A stretch of DNA of 40,204 nt from Rhodospirillales bacterium (lineage in GTDB: Bacteria > Pseudomonadota > Alphaproteobacteria > Rhodospirillales > UBA2165): NCBI GenBank assembly GCA_046582475.1, contig JAYGEH010000233.1:1-40204 (forward strand), written 5' to 3'. The notes under the pieces were generated by a model, which did no database searches, had not been told where the DNA came from, and saw only the letters and a program-made list of their open reading frames with translations. This document shows positions 37,750 through 40,204 of this stretch, piece by piece. Made by a program: the position numbers and the translations under genes. Numbering within the stretch: the first letter of the stretch is position 1; each line of letters opens with the position of its first letter.

Positions 37750-38189
37750 CAGGCGCCCTCAAGATCGAAAACCGAAGAATGCATGGAACCGGTTGCAAGC
37801 CATGCAATTCTCAACGCGTAATTAGCCACGCTGATCGACCGAAAGCATAGTTGCGCCGCCATTTTATAATCCTCACCTCTGAAGAGACATATATTTTGTT
37901 GTTCTCTTATATGGAAATGTCAGTGTCCGGCTTCCGGTGCCGGCAAAAATGCGTCCGTCTCGGCGATAGATAACTTCGGGATGCAGATTGTTCAAGCATT
38001 CACGGACCTTTCTGGTTCTGCCGTGGCCTGCGCCTGTCAGATCGAGCCTAAATCACAACAGATAACGAAATACGTGTTTTGGGTTGTTTGTTTGCGGTTA
38101 TTCCGAACCGTAACCAATTGCCCAAGGGGTCGTTAAATATGAGCTGAGATCGACCGAAATCCTTTGATGGGCTCAGGCCACTAATCCCG

Positions 38190-38222
38190 AAAAACGAAAG
38201 CCGCGACCGGTTGGCCGCGGCT
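38190..38222 (-). terminator. Rho-independent terminator downstream of the nitrilase
   Basis: Minus strand AGCCGCGGCC-AACC-GGTCGCGGCT followed by TTCGTTTTT, about 25 nt after the stop. Confidence 0.7.
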
Positions 38223-38246
38223 CCCAATGGATATTGATTAGGCGGA

Positions 38247-39383
38247 TTAGGCGGCGTTGCGAACCACTTCGGCCACTTTTTCCGGTTCCAGATTGAACTC
38301 TTTCGCCACATTTTCGATGACCCGGTCGCGCACCGCGGCTGGTATCGCAGCCGGGGCATTGGTTTCGGGCTCATAGGGCTGCGGCGGTGTCGTCAAATTC
38401 ACCAGATCCCACCTGGCATAGTGGCCCAGGGAATCGAACACGGATTTGACCACCTTGATATATTTGGCCTGCAGCTCGGCATAAATGATGGTGTCGATAT
38501 CGAAGGTCGGCGCAACCATATATTCGGATGTGGGCGCAACGATGTGACTGCCGCCGCAGGCCCAGCCGACGAATTGTTCCTGACCGGGACCGCCATATTT
38601 CATCGTGTTCTTGAACGGGAAATCGTCCGGAATGTCTTCCATGCGCAGCAGGTTGTTGGCCGATACCACGTAACATTGGCCGGAGAACGCCCGCTCCCTG
38701 GTCGCCGGGATCAGATCGCACTTGTTGATATCGTGACCGGCGTAGATGAAGGATTCCCCTTCCGCGCCGCCACAGTTCCACATGCCCGGCCAGACCGCCA
38801 CATGGATGTCGACCCCTTGGGCGATGTACCAGGCGGTAATATTGACGATATGGTTCTCCCAGCAGATTTGACCGCCGAGGCGCCCGATTTCGGTATCGAA
38901 CACCTGCAGATCACGGGCATCGCCCCTGCCCCACCAGATGCGTTCGATGAAGGACGGAATGAGCTTGCGATGGCGCCCCAAGACACCGCCGTATTTGTCC
39001 ATATAGATCAGCGAATTGAACAGGGTCCGGCTGCCAACCCGGTCATCGAGCTCGTTGCAGCCCATGACCACATAGGCGCCGGCCTCGCGCGCCGCCTTGC
39101 CGAGGATATCGGTGTCCTGGCTGCCGACCACGATGGAATTATCCTGCAGGTCCGCCATGATGTCATGAAAGCCGTTGGCAATGGTGTCCCACCCCATGGT
39201 CCAATAGGGATAGGTGGGAATCCAGGTTTCCGGAAATACGATAAGTTCGGCGCCTTCCTTGCCGGCCTCGATGATCTTGTCGCAGGCAATTTCAAGGCAG
39301 CGTTTTTTGTCCATGAATGCGGACGGGGTTTGAACGACTGCTACTTTTACTGTTTCACGTCCTCCAAGTACTTGTGCTCCCAT
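38247..39383 (-). CDS. Nitrilase (carbon-nitrogen hydrolase superfamily)
   Basis: Glu-Lys-Cys triad in FPETW, HRKLIP, ICWENH; 'FDSLGHYARWD'; GGAGG RBS. Confidence 0.93.
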   Translation of the reverse strand: MGAQVLGGRETVKVAVVQTPSAFMDKKRCLEIACDKIIEAGKEGAELIVFPETWIPTYPYWTMGWDTIANGFHDIMADLQDNSIVVGSQDTDILGKAAREAGAYVVMGCNELDDRVGSRTLFNSLIYMDKYGGVLGRHRKLIPSFIERIWWGRGDARDLQVFDTEIGRLGGQICWENHIVNITAWYIAQGVDIHVAVWPGMWNCGGAEGESFIYAGHDINKCDLIPATRERAFSGQCYVVSANNLLRMEDIPDDFPFKNTMKYGGPGQEQFVGWACGGSHIVAPTSEYMVAPTFDIDTIIYAELQAKYIKVVKSVFDSLGHYARWDLVNLTTPPQPYEPETNAPAAIPAAVRDRVIENVAKEFNLEPEKVAEVVRNAA

Positions 39384-39645
39384 GTCGACCTCCCAATGGT
39401 TTCCGCCAGATCCGCCCGGCGGGTTCTGTTAAATGAGATTTACCGTATAACTTTCAGTTCCACTCCGACAGTACCCAAATTTCACCGTCATCAGAAATAT
39501 TCCACCTCTGCTGCCTCTCTACAACCGTCAATTTGTACATTGCAAAGATGTCCGCTCCTTCAGATTACCAGTGAAACTACGGAAGAGCATGATGAAGCAT
39601 CCTTCGGCCTCATAGCCTCTTCTGACGTAGTGGATCAAACGCTGG

Positions 39646-39981
39646 ACCATCAAGGCGTGGGTGAGAGCGAATCACTTTCTGACCAAATTCCGGGGCCGGG
39701 TCGGCGCCGAGATGAGCCTGCATGGGCTCGCCTATAATCTCAAGCGGGTCATCAACATCATCGGGGTCAGGCCATTGATCCAGGCAATGTCGGCTGCCTA
39801 GGCGCACGCCGCCGCCATTTGCACACGAATATGATCAAATCACTGCCGAGAAATACATTATCCGGGTCATAAACGCTTGCTGGCAGCCAAAACCTGAAAA
39901 CTCAATAAATCCACCCCGCCATATCAAATGAGCCCACAGGAGGGCCAGGCTGATAAGCCAGAAAGCGTATTCACATAGCCT
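39646..39981 (+). mobile_element. IS1182-family remnant: transposase C-terminus (39646-39801) and probable right end
   Basis: Manual translation TIKAWVRANHFLTKFRGRVGAEMSLHGLAYNLKRVINIIGVRPLIQAMSAA*. GTATTCACATAGCCT ending at 39981 resembles the family's TTTTCACACAGCCT terminus. Confidence 0.78.
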
Positions 39982-40057
39982 GGACCCTTTGCTGACGTTC
40001 CCGTGTTCAGCCTGAGTGATTGCCATCCCTCCAACTTGATCTAGAATAGCGCCCAAT

Positions 40058-40130
40058 TAAGCCGCCCCTGGATAAGACCTACTCCGCCTCAAAGTCCGGT
40101 TTAGTTTGGAGAATAAGATGGACACTCCCC
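40058..40130 (+). mobile_element. Possible IS3-family left-end remnant
   Basis: TAAGCCGCCCCTGG resembles IS3-family IRs, followed by a GGAG RBS and ATG at 40118 (MDTP..); similarity is lost after a few codons. Confidence 0.35.
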
Positions 40131-40204
40131 AAGTTGACCCCCGCCAACGGGCCCAGCGGCCGATCGCCACCGGTACCGGCTATGGCCGCCAGAAACCCAG
40201 CTAT

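Noticed and set aside
38421-39737. 438-aa plus-strand ORF
   Set aside because: Antisense to the nitrilase, then runs through intergenic DNA and off-frame over the IS1182 remnant.
1-40204. CRISPR array, cas or other defence genes, tRNA/rRNA, integron cassettes
   Set aside because: No regularly spaced repeats, structural RNA signatures, integrase or defence-domain motifs were seen by eye.

Overview
A GC-rich bacterial region (probably an alphaproteobacterium; inferred from gene content and base composition only) given over almost entirely to uptake and breakdown of small organic or aromatic compounds. It carries four binding-protein-dependent transporter systems: NitT/TauT-type ABC, TTT with a TctA-TctB fusion, TAXI-TRAP and DctPQM-TRAP. 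Enzymes include a MetE-C-like Zn enzyme, an AMDase/maleate-isomerase-like protein, an FAD monooxygenase, an M24 pair, hydantoinase/oxoprolinase A+B, two amidohydrolases, two ThDP enzymes, AMP- and ADP-forming CoA ligases, an acyl-CoA dehydrogenase, an HCHL-like crotonase and a nitrilase. I found no transcriptional regulator, RNA gene or CRISPR array. The region is heavily eroded: IS1595(IS1016)-, IS5-, IS1182- and possibly IS3-family ends or remnants, a 182-bp CTAG-flanked MITE-like element between two convergent stop codons, a 1.7-kb mosaic of gene shards (8.0-9.7 kb) and two further pseudogenes. The best candidates for undescribed biology are (i) a Rieske oxygenase + ABC + non-canonical M24 pair module that seems to have existed in more than one copy and (ii) a CoA-ligase/ACAD/HCHL-variant/TRAP/ThDP operon whose crotonase appears to lack both phenol-binding tyrosines. 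Family calls rest on motif recognition from memory; no database search was run.
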